Shown here piece by piece: positions 9,982 to 19,251 of a DNA stretch of 64,000 nt (within the stretch, counting starts at the first letter, position 1; every line of letters starts with the position of its first letter). Both the position numbers and the translations under genes were made by a program. Origin of the DNA: an uncultured Acidobacteriota bacterium (GTDB lineage: Bacteria > Acidobacteriota > Thermoanaerobaculia > Multivoradales > UBA5704); contig CAVYRF010000002.1 of the NCBI GenBank assembly GCA_963770895.1, forward strand, positions 3,744,001 to 3,808,000, in the 5' to 3' direction. The notes beneath the pieces are model-generated. The model had not been told where the DNA came from. It saw only the letters and a list, made by a program, of their open reading frames with translations, and made no database searches.

Positions 9982-10659
9982 TTGTCCAACCTGCTCGACC
10001 GGATCGTCGCGCTCGCCCCTACCTACCGCTATCGGTTCGTCGGCGCTCGGCTGGTACTCTACCCGGTCGACACCCTTTGGGATCTGCGGATCGATGACTT
10101 ACGGCTCGGTCCGGGTCAGCGACGCTGGGTTGGCGATGCGCTCGTTGTGGAACTCCGGCGCCGTGTTCCTGCCCTCGCAGCGCTGAACCCGCCGTGGACC
10201 TTCGGTGATCCGGGGAGCTTCGTCTACCAGGATCAAGTGTCAGTCATCGGACCTGCATCCATCGTAGAGCTCCTCGTGCAGCTTCTTGGTCAGAGGGCTT
10301 CCGCGAGTTTTGTCGTTTCTAAGCTCGGAGGCGAAGTGAAGACCTTGTGGCTGAGCTCTGAAAAACTGATCGCTTCGCTCAAGCTGATAGCCCCAACGAC
10401 CGTCCTGCGGCGACCGGGTGACACAGTACGTCTGACCTTAGTCGCTAACCTTTACGATGGAACGCGCCAGGTCCTCACCCCTCCCGCCTGTGCTACTGAA
10501 TACGTCACCGGCAACCCCGGCATTTTGAAGGTTGACTCTGACGGCCTGGTCACCGCAGTCCGCCCCGGGGAGAGCTACGTCAACGCCATCAGCGAGGACG
10601 AATTCGACTCCATCCCAATCCGGGTGGAAGGCGCAGGGTCGGGGGGTCATAGCCGTTGA
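9982..10659 (+). CDS. Hypothetical protein with C-terminal Ig-like (Big_2) domain, start uncertain/possibly 5'-truncated
   Basis: GDTVRLTLVANLYDG...GNPGILKVDSDGLVTAVRPG Big_2-like pattern; lower GC; no signal peptide or clear RBS. Confidence 0.55.
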   Translation: MSNLLDRIVALAPTYRYRFVGARLVLYPVDTLWDLRIDDLRLGPGQRRWVGDALVVELRRRVPALAALNPPWTFGDPGSFVYQDQVSVIGPASIVELLVQLLGQRASASFVVSKLGGEVKTLWLSSEKLIASLKLIAPTTVLRRPGDTVRLTLVANLYDGTRQVLTPPACATEYVTGNPGILKVDSDGLVTAVRPGESYVNAISEDEFDSIPIRVEGAGSGGHSR

Positions 10660-11027
10660 GCCCCTTTGACCTTGCTCAGCTCCCGGTCGAAGGTGCCGAG
10701 GGGAAGGTGTCCGGCTTTACGGGCCACCTCCAGAATGAGGCAATCTGAAAAACCCAAGGCGGGGCGGCTCTTGAAGTGGCTCAGCGCCGCTGCGACGACC
10801 TCGGCGTCCTGCACCGTCAGCTCTCGGTGGTTGAGGAACATCTCCACGGCGGCGGCGATCTTTGCCGGCCCGAGGTTGTAAGCCGAGGCCAAAACCCACA
10901 TGGCCTCCACCAGAACAAGCTGAGGCACCCAGGCGCCGCCAGACACGAACGCTTCAGCGGCCAATGTCTGGGCTGGCTCGTCTCGCGTCGCCAGCCTGAC
11001 CAGGACGTTGGTGTCAACGGCGCGCAT
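10647..11027 (-). CDS. vapC: VapC-family PIN-domain toxin
   Basis: MRAVDTNVLVR, LVEAMWVL, GFSDCLI, TFD PIN acidic motifs. Confidence 0.9.
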   Translation of the reverse strand: MRAVDTNVLVRLATRDEPAQTLAAEAFVSGGAWVPQLVLVEAMWVLASAYNLGPAKIAAAVEMFLNHRELTVQDAEVVAAALSHFKSRPALGFSDCLILEVARKAGHLPLGTFDRELSKVKGAQRL

Positions 11028-11274
11028 ACCTGCCGCGAGCGTGCTCGCGCAGCCCGTCCTTCAGCTGCTCCAGACTGCGCGGTGCGGGTGGTTCGGCGAA
11101 CAACGCCCGATGAATATCTTCTGAGCTGTAGCACCCCGCGCGCCGCACTACCATGGTTTCGCCGTGTTGCTCCCATTCGAGAACGGAGCCGGGACCGACG
11201 CCCAGCCGGCGTCGAACCTCGGCGGGCACCGAGATCTGGCCCTGGGACGTCAATTTGGAGGAGGCTATTTTCAT
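11014..11274 (-). CDS. vapB: AbrB/MazE/SpoVT-type antitoxin
   Basis: SKLTSQGQISVPAEVRRRLG..PG AbrB fold; overlaps vapC start. Confidence 0.88.
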   Translation of the reverse strand: MKIASSKLTSQGQISVPAEVRRRLGVGPGSVLEWEQHGETMVVRRAGCYSSEDIHRALFAEPPAPRSLEQLKDGLREHARGRYARR

Positions 11275-11492
11275 GAATGTAAATTACCACGGTAAGGAAG
11301 CGGTCGCAAGGAGCGAGCCGGTCTCGACAAAACCGCGGTGGCCGCCGTTGCCGCTGCTGTCGTTTGCTGCGGGGTTGATCAGCGTCCTGCTGGATCATCT
11401 TGCACGGTGGCATCGGAAGGAAAATCATTGGGTGTTTTTCCACGACTAAATGTCGGTTACACAAGGGGAAGAGCGCAGGATAGCGTCCGCGC

Positions 11493-12581
11493 ATGGACGA
11501 GAAGGTGGCGCGCGGGGCGGGGGTGGGGCATGTCGGGATGCAGGTGATGGCGCGGGTGCTGAGCGGGCGGGCCGAGGGGGAGGAGCTGTGCCAGCAGCTG
11601 CTGCCGCACATCGTCGGGCAGTGTCCGGAGTGCGGGCGGCTGCTGGCGCAGCTGGATCGGATGCGCCGCGAGGCGGCGGCGCCGGACGCGTTGATCGCGG
11701 CGGCGGAGTGGCCGGCGGCGCCGCTGTTGTGGGACCGGCTGGAGCCGCTTTCGTTTGCCGACCAGCTGCGGGCGGTCGCCGGCGAGGAGGTGTTTCATAC
11801 CTGGGGCCTGTGCCGGCTCTTACAACTAAAAAGCGGCGGCGTGGCCGGCGATCATCCGGCGCAGGCGGGGCGCCTGGCGCAGCTTGCGGTGGCGGTTTCG
11901 GATCGCTTGCCGGCGGCCTACGATCCGGATTGGGTTTGCGACCTGCGGGCTCTGGCGCTGGCCTACCTGGGCAACGCGCGCCGGCTGCTGGGGGAACCTT
12001 GGGGCGCGGCGGATGCGCTGGCGGCGGCGCGGGTCGAGCGCCAGGCGGGCACCGACGATCCGGCGATCGAAGCGGAGATCCTGGTGTTGGAGGCGCTGGC
12101 GCGGCGCGACCAGGGCCGCGTGTCCGAGGCGGCAGCCCTGTTGCAGACGGCTCACCAGCGCTTCGCCGAAGCGTTTCATGGCGATGCCGGGCTGGGGAGC
12201 GGCCAGCTGAGTGTGCGGGCCGCCGGCGCCATTCACTTTGCGTGCTGCCTGTATCGCGACGGACAGCCGGCCCTGGCAATTCTGCGCGAGGCGGCGGGGC
12301 TGGCTTTCGAGGAGCAGCTGGCGGACGGCGCCGGCGCCGATCCCGACGCTGCCGGCGGCGGTTTGCGCCGCGAGGGCGAGATCTGGTGGCAGTTCCGGCT
12401 GGCGCACATGGCGGAAGCCGCGGTATCGCTGCGGCAGGCCGCCGAAGCTGCCGATCGCCTGGGCGACGCGGCGATGGGCGCGACGCTGCGCAGCGTCCTT
12501 GCCGGCATAGGTGCCGGTCATCCCCAGAAGGGCGTGACCGGCGCCGGCCGGGACGCTGCCAACGCTGCGCCTGAAGGGTAG
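11493..12581 (+). CDS. TPR-like protein, paralogue of 6528-7832 (N-terminal half conserved)
   Basis: HIVGQCPEC; LWDRLEPLSFADQLR, TWGLCRLL, YDPDWVCDLRALALAYLGNARR closely match the paralogue. Confidence 0.78.
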   Translation: MDEKVARGAGVGHVGMQVMARVLSGRAEGEELCQQLLPHIVGQCPECGRLLAQLDRMRREAAAPDALIAAAEWPAAPLLWDRLEPLSFADQLRAVAGEEVFHTWGLCRLLQLKSGGVAGDHPAQAGRLAQLAVAVSDRLPAAYDPDWVCDLRALALAYLGNARRLLGEPWGAADALAAARVERQAGTDDPAIEAEILVLEALARRDQGRVSEAAALLQTAHQRFAEAFHGDAGLGSGQLSVRAAGAIHFACCLYRDGQPALAILREAAGLAFEEQLADGAGADPDAAGGGLRREGEIWWQFRLAHMAEAAVSLRQAAEAADRLGDAAMGATLRSVLAGIGAGHPQKGVTGAGRDAANAAPEG

Positions 12582-12623
12582 TCGCTGCCGTACCTTCCCC
12601 TCCCCCTTGCGAGGACATTGCCG

Positions 12624-13919
12624 ATGGCTCAGGACCGCAGTGACGAACGCAGCGAACGCCCTGCCCCAGGCGAAACGCCCTATCGGTGGTTCTTCGCCGC
12701 GGATCGCAGGTCGGGAGGAGAGGCGCCGGTGGCGAGCCTGGCCACGGCGCGCGAGGATGCCGCTCTGGCGGCGCAGCTGTTGGGCATGCCGCGCGCCGAG
12801 CGTTTGCAGCTGGCGCGCCGCGAAGCGCGCTGCCATCGCCTGACTCTGGTGGCGCTCCTCAACGTCCGCGCCGAAATCGCCCTGCTGCGGAGGGAGGGCG
12901 GCAACGCCGGCGAACGCGACGCCGAGCTGGCGACGGTCGTGGCCGCCGCCCTGCAGCGCGATCGCGGCGGCCGCGTCTGGAAGGCCGGGGCGCTGGCGTA
13001 CTGGCTGTTCGGCAAGGCACGCCTGGATGGCGGCGACGTGGAAGGTGCGCGCATCGCGTTTTCGGAGATGTTCGGTTTCATCGTCGACAACAATCCCACC
13101 GAAGAGATGGCGTTGGCGGCCGCCGGCTGGGCGCAGGTGGATCAGCAGGCGGGTTGCCGCGAGGAGGCGGTGGCTCACTTTCAGCGCGCCGCCTACCTGT
13201 TCGCGCAGATCGATGGCCGCGCCCCCGCCGGCGCATGCCTGGCGGAGGTCGGCTTTCTCCTGCTGGATACCGGCGACTGGATGCTGGCGCGCCGCAACTT
13301 GCAGCGCGCCTGGCACCTGCTCGCCCCGGCGCTCGCCCCCTCGATGGCCGCCCGTGTCGCGCTGGCCTGCGCCGAATGCGAAATCCTGCTCGAAGAGGGC
13401 TCCGGCGCCGGCTGGCTGGAGCGGGCTCGCGGCCTCTACGCCCTGCCGGCATCGCCCTTCGAGGAGCTGAGCCGCGCCTGGACGGAAGGCCGCATCGCCG
13501 CCCTGGCGGGCCGCCACGCTGAAGCCGAGCTGCTGCTGGACGGCGTGCGCCAGCGCCTGCTGGCGCAGGGCAGCCTGCGGGAGGCGGTGACGATCTCGTG
13601 CGACCAGCTCCTCGCCCGGCTGGAGACCCGCCAGCGGCGCGCGGCCGCCACCCTGATCCAAGGTTTGCGAACGGCCTTCCCGCTGGCCGGCGGCGAGCCC
13701 TGGGCCGCGGCGCTGCAAACCGTCAGCGACCTGGCCGCCCAGCAGGGCATCCCGACCGCCTGCCGTGCCGCCAGCGACCTTGTGGACCGCCTGCGCACCG
13801 CCCCCGCCGTCGCGCCAGGCCGCCCCGCCCTGCTGCCCTCCCTGCGCGCCCTGACCGATCGCCTGCTGCGTCACTGCGGCGAGCTGGAAGAGCCCCTGGG
13901 AGGCGCCCGCGGCCTCTGA
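12624..13919 (+). CDS. TPR-like protein, divergent member of same family (C-terminal similarity)
   Basis: GAGGA RBS; AWTEGRIAALAG..AE.LL..V matches LRWVEGRIAFGLG..AEQAF of 6528-7832; Ala/Leu helical repeats. Confidence 0.7.
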   Translation: MAQDRSDERSERPAPGETPYRWFFAADRRSGGEAPVASLATAREDAALAAQLLGMPRAERLQLARREARCHRLTLVALLNVRAEIALLRREGGNAGERDAELATVVAAALQRDRGGRVWKAGALAYWLFGKARLDGGDVEGARIAFSEMFGFIVDNNPTEEMALAAAGWAQVDQQAGCREEAVAHFQRAAYLFAQIDGRAPAGACLAEVGFLLLDTGDWMLARRNLQRAWHLLAPALAPSMAARVALACAECEILLEEGSGAGWLERARGLYALPASPFEELSRAWTEGRIAALAGRHAEAELLLDGVRQRLLAQGSLREAVTISCDQLLARLETRQRRAAATLIQGLRTAFPLAGGEPWAAALQTVSDLAAQQGIPTACRAASDLVDRLRTAPAVAPGRPALLPSLRALTDRLLRHCGELEEPLGGARGL

Positions 13920-13951
13920 TCCCGGCCGCGGCGGGCACCCGGTGGCGGCGG

Positions 13952-14374
13952 TCAGGCCGGCGGCGGAGGCGGGGGTGCTTCCCCGTTGGCGACGATGGCG
14001 TCGGCTTCGATCTCTACTCGCATGTCGGGGGAGATGAGGCGCTTGACTTCGACCATGGTGCAGGCGGGGCGGATGTCGCGGAAGACTTCACCGTGGGCGC
14101 GGCCGATGGCTTCCCAGTCGTGCTCGATGTCGGTGACGAAGATGCGGGTGCGCACGACGTCGGACAGGCGGGCGCCGGCGCGTTCCAGGGCCGAGGCGAC
14201 GATGCCCAGGATGGCGACGGTTTGCGCGTAGGCGTTGCCTGGGCCTACGACGCGGCCGGTGGCGTCCACGGCGGTGGTGCCCGAGACGTGGATGTAAGGG
14301 CCGACCCGCACCGCACGTGAATAGCCGACGATCGGCTCCCAGGGCGCTCCGCTCGAAACCAGGGATCTTTCCAT
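13952..14374 (-). CDS. RidA/YjgF family protein
   Basis: [42 protein letters not shown]. Confidence 0.93.
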   Translation of the reverse strand: MERSLVSSGAPWEPIVGYSRAVRVGPYIHVSGTTAVDATGRVVGPGNAYAQTVAILGIVASALERAGARLSDVVRTRIFVTDIEHDWEAIGRAHGEVFRDIRPACTMVEVKRLISPDMRVEIEADAIVANGEAPPPPPPA

Positions 14375-14565
14375 GCGGCCTCCTCGCGCGGGCGCGCGCG
14401 TCTGGAGCTTGCGGGTTGCGTGTGCTGATCAAGGCTAGCATGGACAGATGGCGCCACGGGGCGGCGGAGGCCACAGCGGAGGCGCTGCCGCCGTGGTAAC
14501 ATCTCGCTTCGAGGCGAAGAGCTGATTCAGCCCCTTCCGGTACCTTCCCAGCAAGGATTTGAGGT

Positions 14566-15096
14566 ATGAAGCGCCACTCTGGCAACCCTCCGCCGACGGG
14601 GCCGCCGGCGCCAGGCCCCGGCCAGGAATCGGTGTGGGACTATCCGCGCCCGCCGCGGCTTGAATCGTCGCCGCGCTGGATCCAGGTGAGGTTCGGCGGC
14701 ATCCTGCTGGCCGACAGCCGGCGCACGCTGCGCGTGCTGGAAACGAGCCATCCGCCGGTCTACTACCTGCCGCCCGCCGACGTCCGCATGGAGTACCTGG
14801 TGCCTTCGCCGCGCCGCAGCTGGTGCGAATGGAAAGGCCTGGCCAGCTACTACGACGTGGTGGTGCCTGACGCGGCTGCGGCTCGTCGCGCCGACAACGC
14901 AGCCTGGTTTTTTGCCGAACCGACGCTGCCGTACAAGGAGCTTCGCGGCTGGGTGGCCTTCTACCCTGCGGCCATGGATGCGTGCCTGGTGGACGGTGAA
15001 CCGGTGCAGGCGCAGCCGGGGGATTTTTACGGCGGCTGGATCACCCGCGACGTCCTGGGGCCGTTCAAGGGCGACCCCGGCACGGCGGATTGGTGA
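14566..15096 (+). CDS. DUF427 domain protein
   Basis: ESVWDYPRPP, VLETSHPPVYYLP, SWCEWKGLASY, FYGGWIT. Confidence 0.9.
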   Translation: MKRHSGNPPPTGPPAPGPGQESVWDYPRPPRLESSPRWIQVRFGGILLADSRRTLRVLETSHPPVYYLPPADVRMEYLVPSPRRSWCEWKGLASYYDVVVPDAAAARRADNAAWFFAEPTLPYKELRGWVAFYPAAMDACLVDGEPVQAQPGDFYGGWITRDVLGPFKGDPGTADW

Positions 15097-15144
15097 GCGC
15101 TGGCCGCCACGCCCTGCAGCGGACGCGGGGATGGCGGCCGGGGC

Positions 15145-16668
15145 TCAGCCGGCTGGCGCCGGTGACGCCAGGCTGCGGGCCAGGCGGATGCCGGTGAACT
15201 GGAAGCGGGTGTCGGCGGGCCAGAAGTTGCGGTAGCTGGCGCGGATGTGGTTGGCCGGCGTGGCGCAGGAGCCGCCGCGCAGGACTCGCTGGTTGTCCAT
15301 GAACTTGCCGTTGTATTCCATGAGCGCGCCGGCGAAGGGCTGATAGCCGGGGTAGGGCTCGTAGTGGTTGGTCGTCCACTCCCACACGTCGCCGCCCATC
15401 TGCAGCAGCTCGCCGCCGGGGCCGCTGGCGGCACGCGGGTGCAGGGCACCGCTGTCCAGGAAGTTGGCGGGCTTGCCGGGGAAGCCGGACAGCCGGGCGG
15501 CGTGCTCCCATTCGCGCTCGGTTGGCAGGCGGGCGCCCTCCCAGGCGCCGCCGGACTGGGCCTTCCAGCGCGCATAGGCATCGGCTTCGTAGAAGCTGAC
15601 GTGGCACACCGGTTCGTCGGGGTCCAGCTCGCGCAGGCCGGCCAGGGTCCAGATCCGCCAGCTGTCGTCGTGGCGCTCCCAATAGAGCGGCGCGGTCCAG
15701 CCGGCGGCACGCGCCATGGCCCAGCCGTTGGCCAGCCACAGCAGCGGGTCGGCGTAGCCGCCGCCCTGGACAAACTCCAGGAACTGGCCGTTGGTGACCA
15801 GCCGGTCGGCCAGGGCGAACTCTTCCAGCCAGGCCGTATGGACCGGCATTTCGTTGTCCCAGCACCATCCGCCTTCAAGGTTGCCGAAGCGGTGCGGGCC
15901 GCCCCCGAACGGCACCCAGGCGACGCCGCCTCGCCTTGCTTCGCCCCGGCCGGCCCGCGGCAGCCGCCCTGCTGCTGCGGCGGCGGTGGCGGCGCCGGTT
16001 GCGAGGTGCACGCCCGTCGCGGCGCCCCCGCCGGCGCCGGCGGCAGCCGGTCCGGCGACGTACGGCTCGCGCAGCTCGGCGATGTTGGAGCCCAGGATGT
16101 GCTTGATCTCGGTGACCAGCAGCTCCTGGTGCTGCTGCTCGTGCTGCATGCCGGTGGCGGTGAGGAAGCGCAGGCGCTCGAAATCGGCCCGCGGCGCGTT
16201 GGCGATCAGCTCCTGCATGCGGCCGTCGACCGAGGCGCGGAAGGCGTAGATTTCCTCTGTGGTCGGGCGGGTCACCAGGCCGCGGCGATCGCGGGCCAGG
16301 CGCGGCCCCAGCGACTCGTAGTAGGAGTTGAGGGCGTAGTCCAGGCGGTTGTCGCTGGCGTGGCGGCGGCCGAACGGTTCCAGGATGTTCTTGGCGAAGA
16401 ACCAGGAGGTGTGGCCGAGATTCCACCAGGGGGGGCTGACGTCGGGCATCGACTGGATGCGGAAGTCCTCCGCCTTGAGCGGCCGGCAGAGATCGACGCT
16501 GCGCTGCCGCACGGCGAGGTAGGCGCCCCACAGCTGCTGGCGGGCGTCGTTTTCCACCTGTTGCTGCTCCGGCCCGGTGCCGGTGCGCGGCGTGCTCAGT
16601 ACGGCAGATTCAGGGGTGGCGTCCATGTCGGTCGTGCCCTCCGCGTGCGGCGATTGTACGCTTACCAT
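15145..16668 (-). CDS. egtB: Ergothioneine biosynthesis sulfoxide synthase (DinB + FGE-sulfatase domains)
   Basis: QSMPDVSPPWWNLGHTSWFF, QHEQQHQE iron motif, HVSFYEADAYARW, RLPTEREWE, EYNGKFM, YRNFW; alternative start at 16626. Confidence 0.88.
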   Translation of the reverse strand: MVSVQSPHAEGTTDMDATPESAVLSTPRTGTGPEQQQVENDARQQLWGAYLAVRQRSVDLCRPLKAEDFRIQSMPDVSPPWWNLGHTSWFFAKNILEPFGRRHASDNRLDYALNSYYESLGPRLARDRRGLVTRPTTEEIYAFRASVDGRMQELIANAPRADFERLRFLTATGMQHEQQHQELLVTEIKHILGSNIAELREPYVAGPAAAGAGGGAATGVHLATGAATAAAAAGRLPRAGRGEARRGGVAWVPFGGGPHRFGNLEGGWCWDNEMPVHTAWLEEFALADRLVTNGQFLEFVQGGGYADPLLWLANGWAMARAAGWTAPLYWERHDDSWRIWTLAGLRELDPDEPVCHVSFYEADAYARWKAQSGGAWEGARLPTEREWEHAARLSGFPGKPANFLDSGALHPRAASGPGGELLQMGGDVWEWTTNHYEPYPGYQPFAGALMEYNGKFMDNQRVLRGGSCATPANHIRASYRNFWPADTRFQFTGIRLARSLASPAPAG

Positions 16669-16769
16669 GTTGATGAAACGCGCCCGGACACTACAATCAT
16701 CCCGTGGCGGTCTGGTGCGATGCCGCGCTCGCGTTGGGCGCGGCCAGGCACTGCCGCAAGGAGGATGCC

Positions 16770-17054
16770 ATGGCGCGTGCCGTCTGGAACGGTGCCGTGC
16801 TTGCCGAAGCCGACGACTTCGAGGTCGTCGAGGGGAACGTGTACTTCCCGCCCGCCGCGGTCCATCGCGAGTACTTCCGCGACAGCCCGACCACCACGGT
16901 TTGCGGCTGGAAGGGCACGGCCAACTATTACAGCGTGGTGGTGGACGGCCAGGAGAACGCCGACGCCGCCTGGTACTACGCCGAGCCGAAAGCGGCGGCC
17001 TCCCGCATCAAGGATCACGTCGCCTTCTGGCACGGCGTGACCGTCGAGCGGTAG
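16770..17054 (+). CDS. DUF427 domain protein (short form)
   Basis: AGGAGG RBS; VWNGAVLAE, VEGNVYFP, CGWKGTANYY, AAWYY. Confidence 0.9.
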   Translation: MARAVWNGAVLAEADDFEVVEGNVYFPPAAVHREYFRDSPTTTVCGWKGTANYYSVVVDGQENADAAWYYAEPKAAASRIKDHVAFWHGVTVER

Positions 17055-17194
17055 GTCCCGGCGCACCCTTCCGACCCCGGCGGCGCACGGCGCAGCCCGG
17101 CGCACGGCGGGGCAAAATGGGGTAGGCTTCGCGTCATTGAATCTTTTCGGCATCCCGACTGCCGAGGCCTGCCATCAGTCGGAAGGAGGAAGGA

Positions 17195-18100
17195 ATGACC
17201 GTACCAAGAGGGTATGCAAGGATGGGGCGTCTGGGGCTTGCCCTGGCCGTTGCCGTCGCGATGTTCCTGCTGGCAGGTGCCGTCGCTCCGGCACACGCCG
17301 CCGCCGCTCCGGCCGCCACCGCGGCCGCGCCCATCGATCTGAACACGGCGAGCCAGAAGGACCTGGAATCGCTGCCGGGGGTCGGTTCGGCGACCGCAAA
17401 GAAGATCATCGCCGGGCGGCCTTATGCCGCGGTCGCCGATCTGTCGCGCGCCGGGGTGTCGGCCAAGACGATCGACAAGATCAAGGGCCTGGTAACGGTG
17501 AGCGGCGCCCCGGCGGCGCCTGCCGCACCGCCGATCCAGGGTGCCGCCGGCCCCAACACCGGCCGCAACGCCACCCACACGCCGCCGCAGACGTTGGCCG
17601 GCGCGGCGCCGGCTGCCAAGGTGGACCTCAACAGCGCCAGCGAGAAGGACCTTGAGACCCTGCCGGGCGTCGGCAAGGCGACGGCAAAGAAGATCATCGC
17701 CTCGCGGCCGTACAGCACCGTCGAGGACCTGTCGCGCGCCGGCATTTCGGCGTCGACGATCGCCAAGCTGGCGCCGCTCGCGACCGCCGGTCCGTCGACG
17801 ATCCCGCCGGCACCCACCGGCCCGGCGACCGCTCCTGCCGCGGCACCGGCAGCACCCATGGCCCCGGCCGCGGCGCCCGCCAAGGGCTCGGCAGCGGCGG
17901 CCTCGACTGCCGCGGTGCAGCCGCCGGCGCCGGGGATGGTGTGGGTCAACCTTGAAACCAAGGTCTATCACTACGCCGGCGACCGCTGGTACGGCAAGAC
18001 CAAGAAGGGGCAGTACATGACCGAGGCCGACGCGATCAAGGCGGGATATCGCGCCGCAAAGAACGGCCCCAAGGGCGCGACGACGGCGCCGCCACAGTAG
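17195..18100 (+). CDS. Secreted ComEA-like protein with two helix-hairpin-helix domains
   Basis: signal peptide; two copies of DLN(T/S)AS.KDLE.LPGVG.ATAKKII..RPY; C-terminal VWVN..TKVYH...WYGKTK.G.YM domain. Confidence 0.85.
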   Translation: MTVPRGYARMGRLGLALAVAVAMFLLAGAVAPAHAAAAPAATAAAPIDLNTASQKDLESLPGVGSATAKKIIAGRPYAAVADLSRAGVSAKTIDKIKGLVTVSGAPAAPAAPPIQGAAGPNTGRNATHTPPQTLAGAAPAAKVDLNSASEKDLETLPGVGKATAKKIIASRPYSTVEDLSRAGISASTIAKLAPLATAGPSTIPPAPTGPATAPAAAPAAPMAPAAAPAKGSAAAASTAAVQPPAPGMVWVNLETKVYHYAGDRWYGKTKKGQYMTEADAIKAGYRAAKNGPKGATTAPPQ

Positions 18101-18240
18101 GGTAGATAGCTCGCCGGTGGCGCCGCAGGCGGCGCCAATGGGGACCGGCCTCCCGCTCGGGAAGGCCGGTCCGCGGAACAGTTGAAGCGGCGCGCATGGC
18201 GCGGGGCTGACGCCGCAGACGACGGGAAAGGTGGTACGGA

Positions 18241-18687
18241 ATGGGCTTTCTAGACGAAATCCTGAGCGCTGCGAAGGCTGCTCCGGCGCTGAGCGGCGCA
18301 CTTGAAGGCGGCGGCGCCGCGGCCGCTCCTGGCACACATGCGACGTTGGTGCAGGAAGCGATGGGGCTGCTCAACCAGGACAACAACGGCGGCCTGCCCG
18401 GCCTCATGCAGCAGTTCGAGAGTCAGGGCCTGGGTCACCTGGTGCAGTCCTGGGTGGGGCCGGGGCAAAACCTGCCGGTCACCGGGGCGCAGCTGCAGAG
18501 CGTATTGGGCAACGACCGGTTGCAGCAGCTGGCGGCGCGCGTGGGCCTGCCGCCCGATGCGGCGGCTTCGGCGCTGGCCGCGGTGCTTCCCTCGCTGATC
18601 GACCGGGTGACGCCGGGCGGCAGCGTCGAGCATCAGCTGCTGCAAGAGGGGCTGACCTGGCTTGAGGGGCAGCAGCGGCCAGCGTGA
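18241..18687 (+). CDS. YidB (DUF937) family protein
   Basis: GGLPGLMQQFESQGLGHLVQSWVGPGQNLP, LPSLIDRVTPGG. Confidence 0.88.
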   Translation: MGFLDEILSAAKAAPALSGALEGGGAAAAPGTHATLVQEAMGLLNQDNNGGLPGLMQQFESQGLGHLVQSWVGPGQNLPVTGAQLQSVLGNDRLQQLAARVGLPPDAAASALAAVLPSLIDRVTPGGSVEHQLLQEGLTWLEGQQRPA

Positions 18688-18789
18688 CGCTTCCCGGACC
18701 CGCCTGACCCCGCGAATCCGCGAACCGTGGAACGCGGCGGCGCGCTGCTGCGGTGGCGGCGCGTATGACATGCAAGGAAGGGAGACAAG

Positions 18790-19119
18790 ATGATCAACCG
18801 ATTGGCAGCGACGTTCGTGATGGTGGCGCTGGCGGCCGCCCTGCTGGTGGCTCCGGCAAGCGCCGCGGCGCCCAAGACCTACCAGGTGACGGGGCCGGTC
18901 GTCGAGCTGAACGCGGACACCATCGTGGTGATGAAGGGCAAGGACCGTTGGGAGATCGCCCGCGATGCCACGACCAAGGTGACCGGCGACCTGAAGGTCG
19001 GCTCCAAGGTGACCATCACCTATCGGATGAGCGCCACCGCCATCGACGTCAAGCCCGACACCGCCTCGAAGGCCAAGAAGGGCGCGGCAGGCAGCGGCTC
19101 CGGTACCGGCACCAACTGA
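18790..19119 (+). CDS. Small secreted OB-fold-like hypothetical protein
   Basis: GGAG RBS; signal peptide; YQVTGPV...TKVTGDLKVGSKVTITY. Confidence 0.75.
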   Translation: MINRLAATFVMVALAAALLVAPASAAAPKTYQVTGPVVELNADTIVVMKGKDRWEIARDATTKVTGDLKVGSKVTITYRMSATAIDVKPDTASKAKKGAAGSGSGTGTN

Positions 19120-19251
19120 CCTCCCGCCGGTCTGCGACCTGTGGTGATCCCGCCGGCCGCCGGCGGCCCGCATCGTGTCGGGTCCGCCGGCCGGTCCGGG
19201 CTTTGCATTAGCGCGTGGTGCATGAGCACGGGCACTGGTACTCTATAGATC

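Noticed and set aside
15145-16668. OvoA or selenoneine SenA
   Set aside because: No C-terminal methyltransferase domain and no senB/selD neighbours; EgtB is the simpler call
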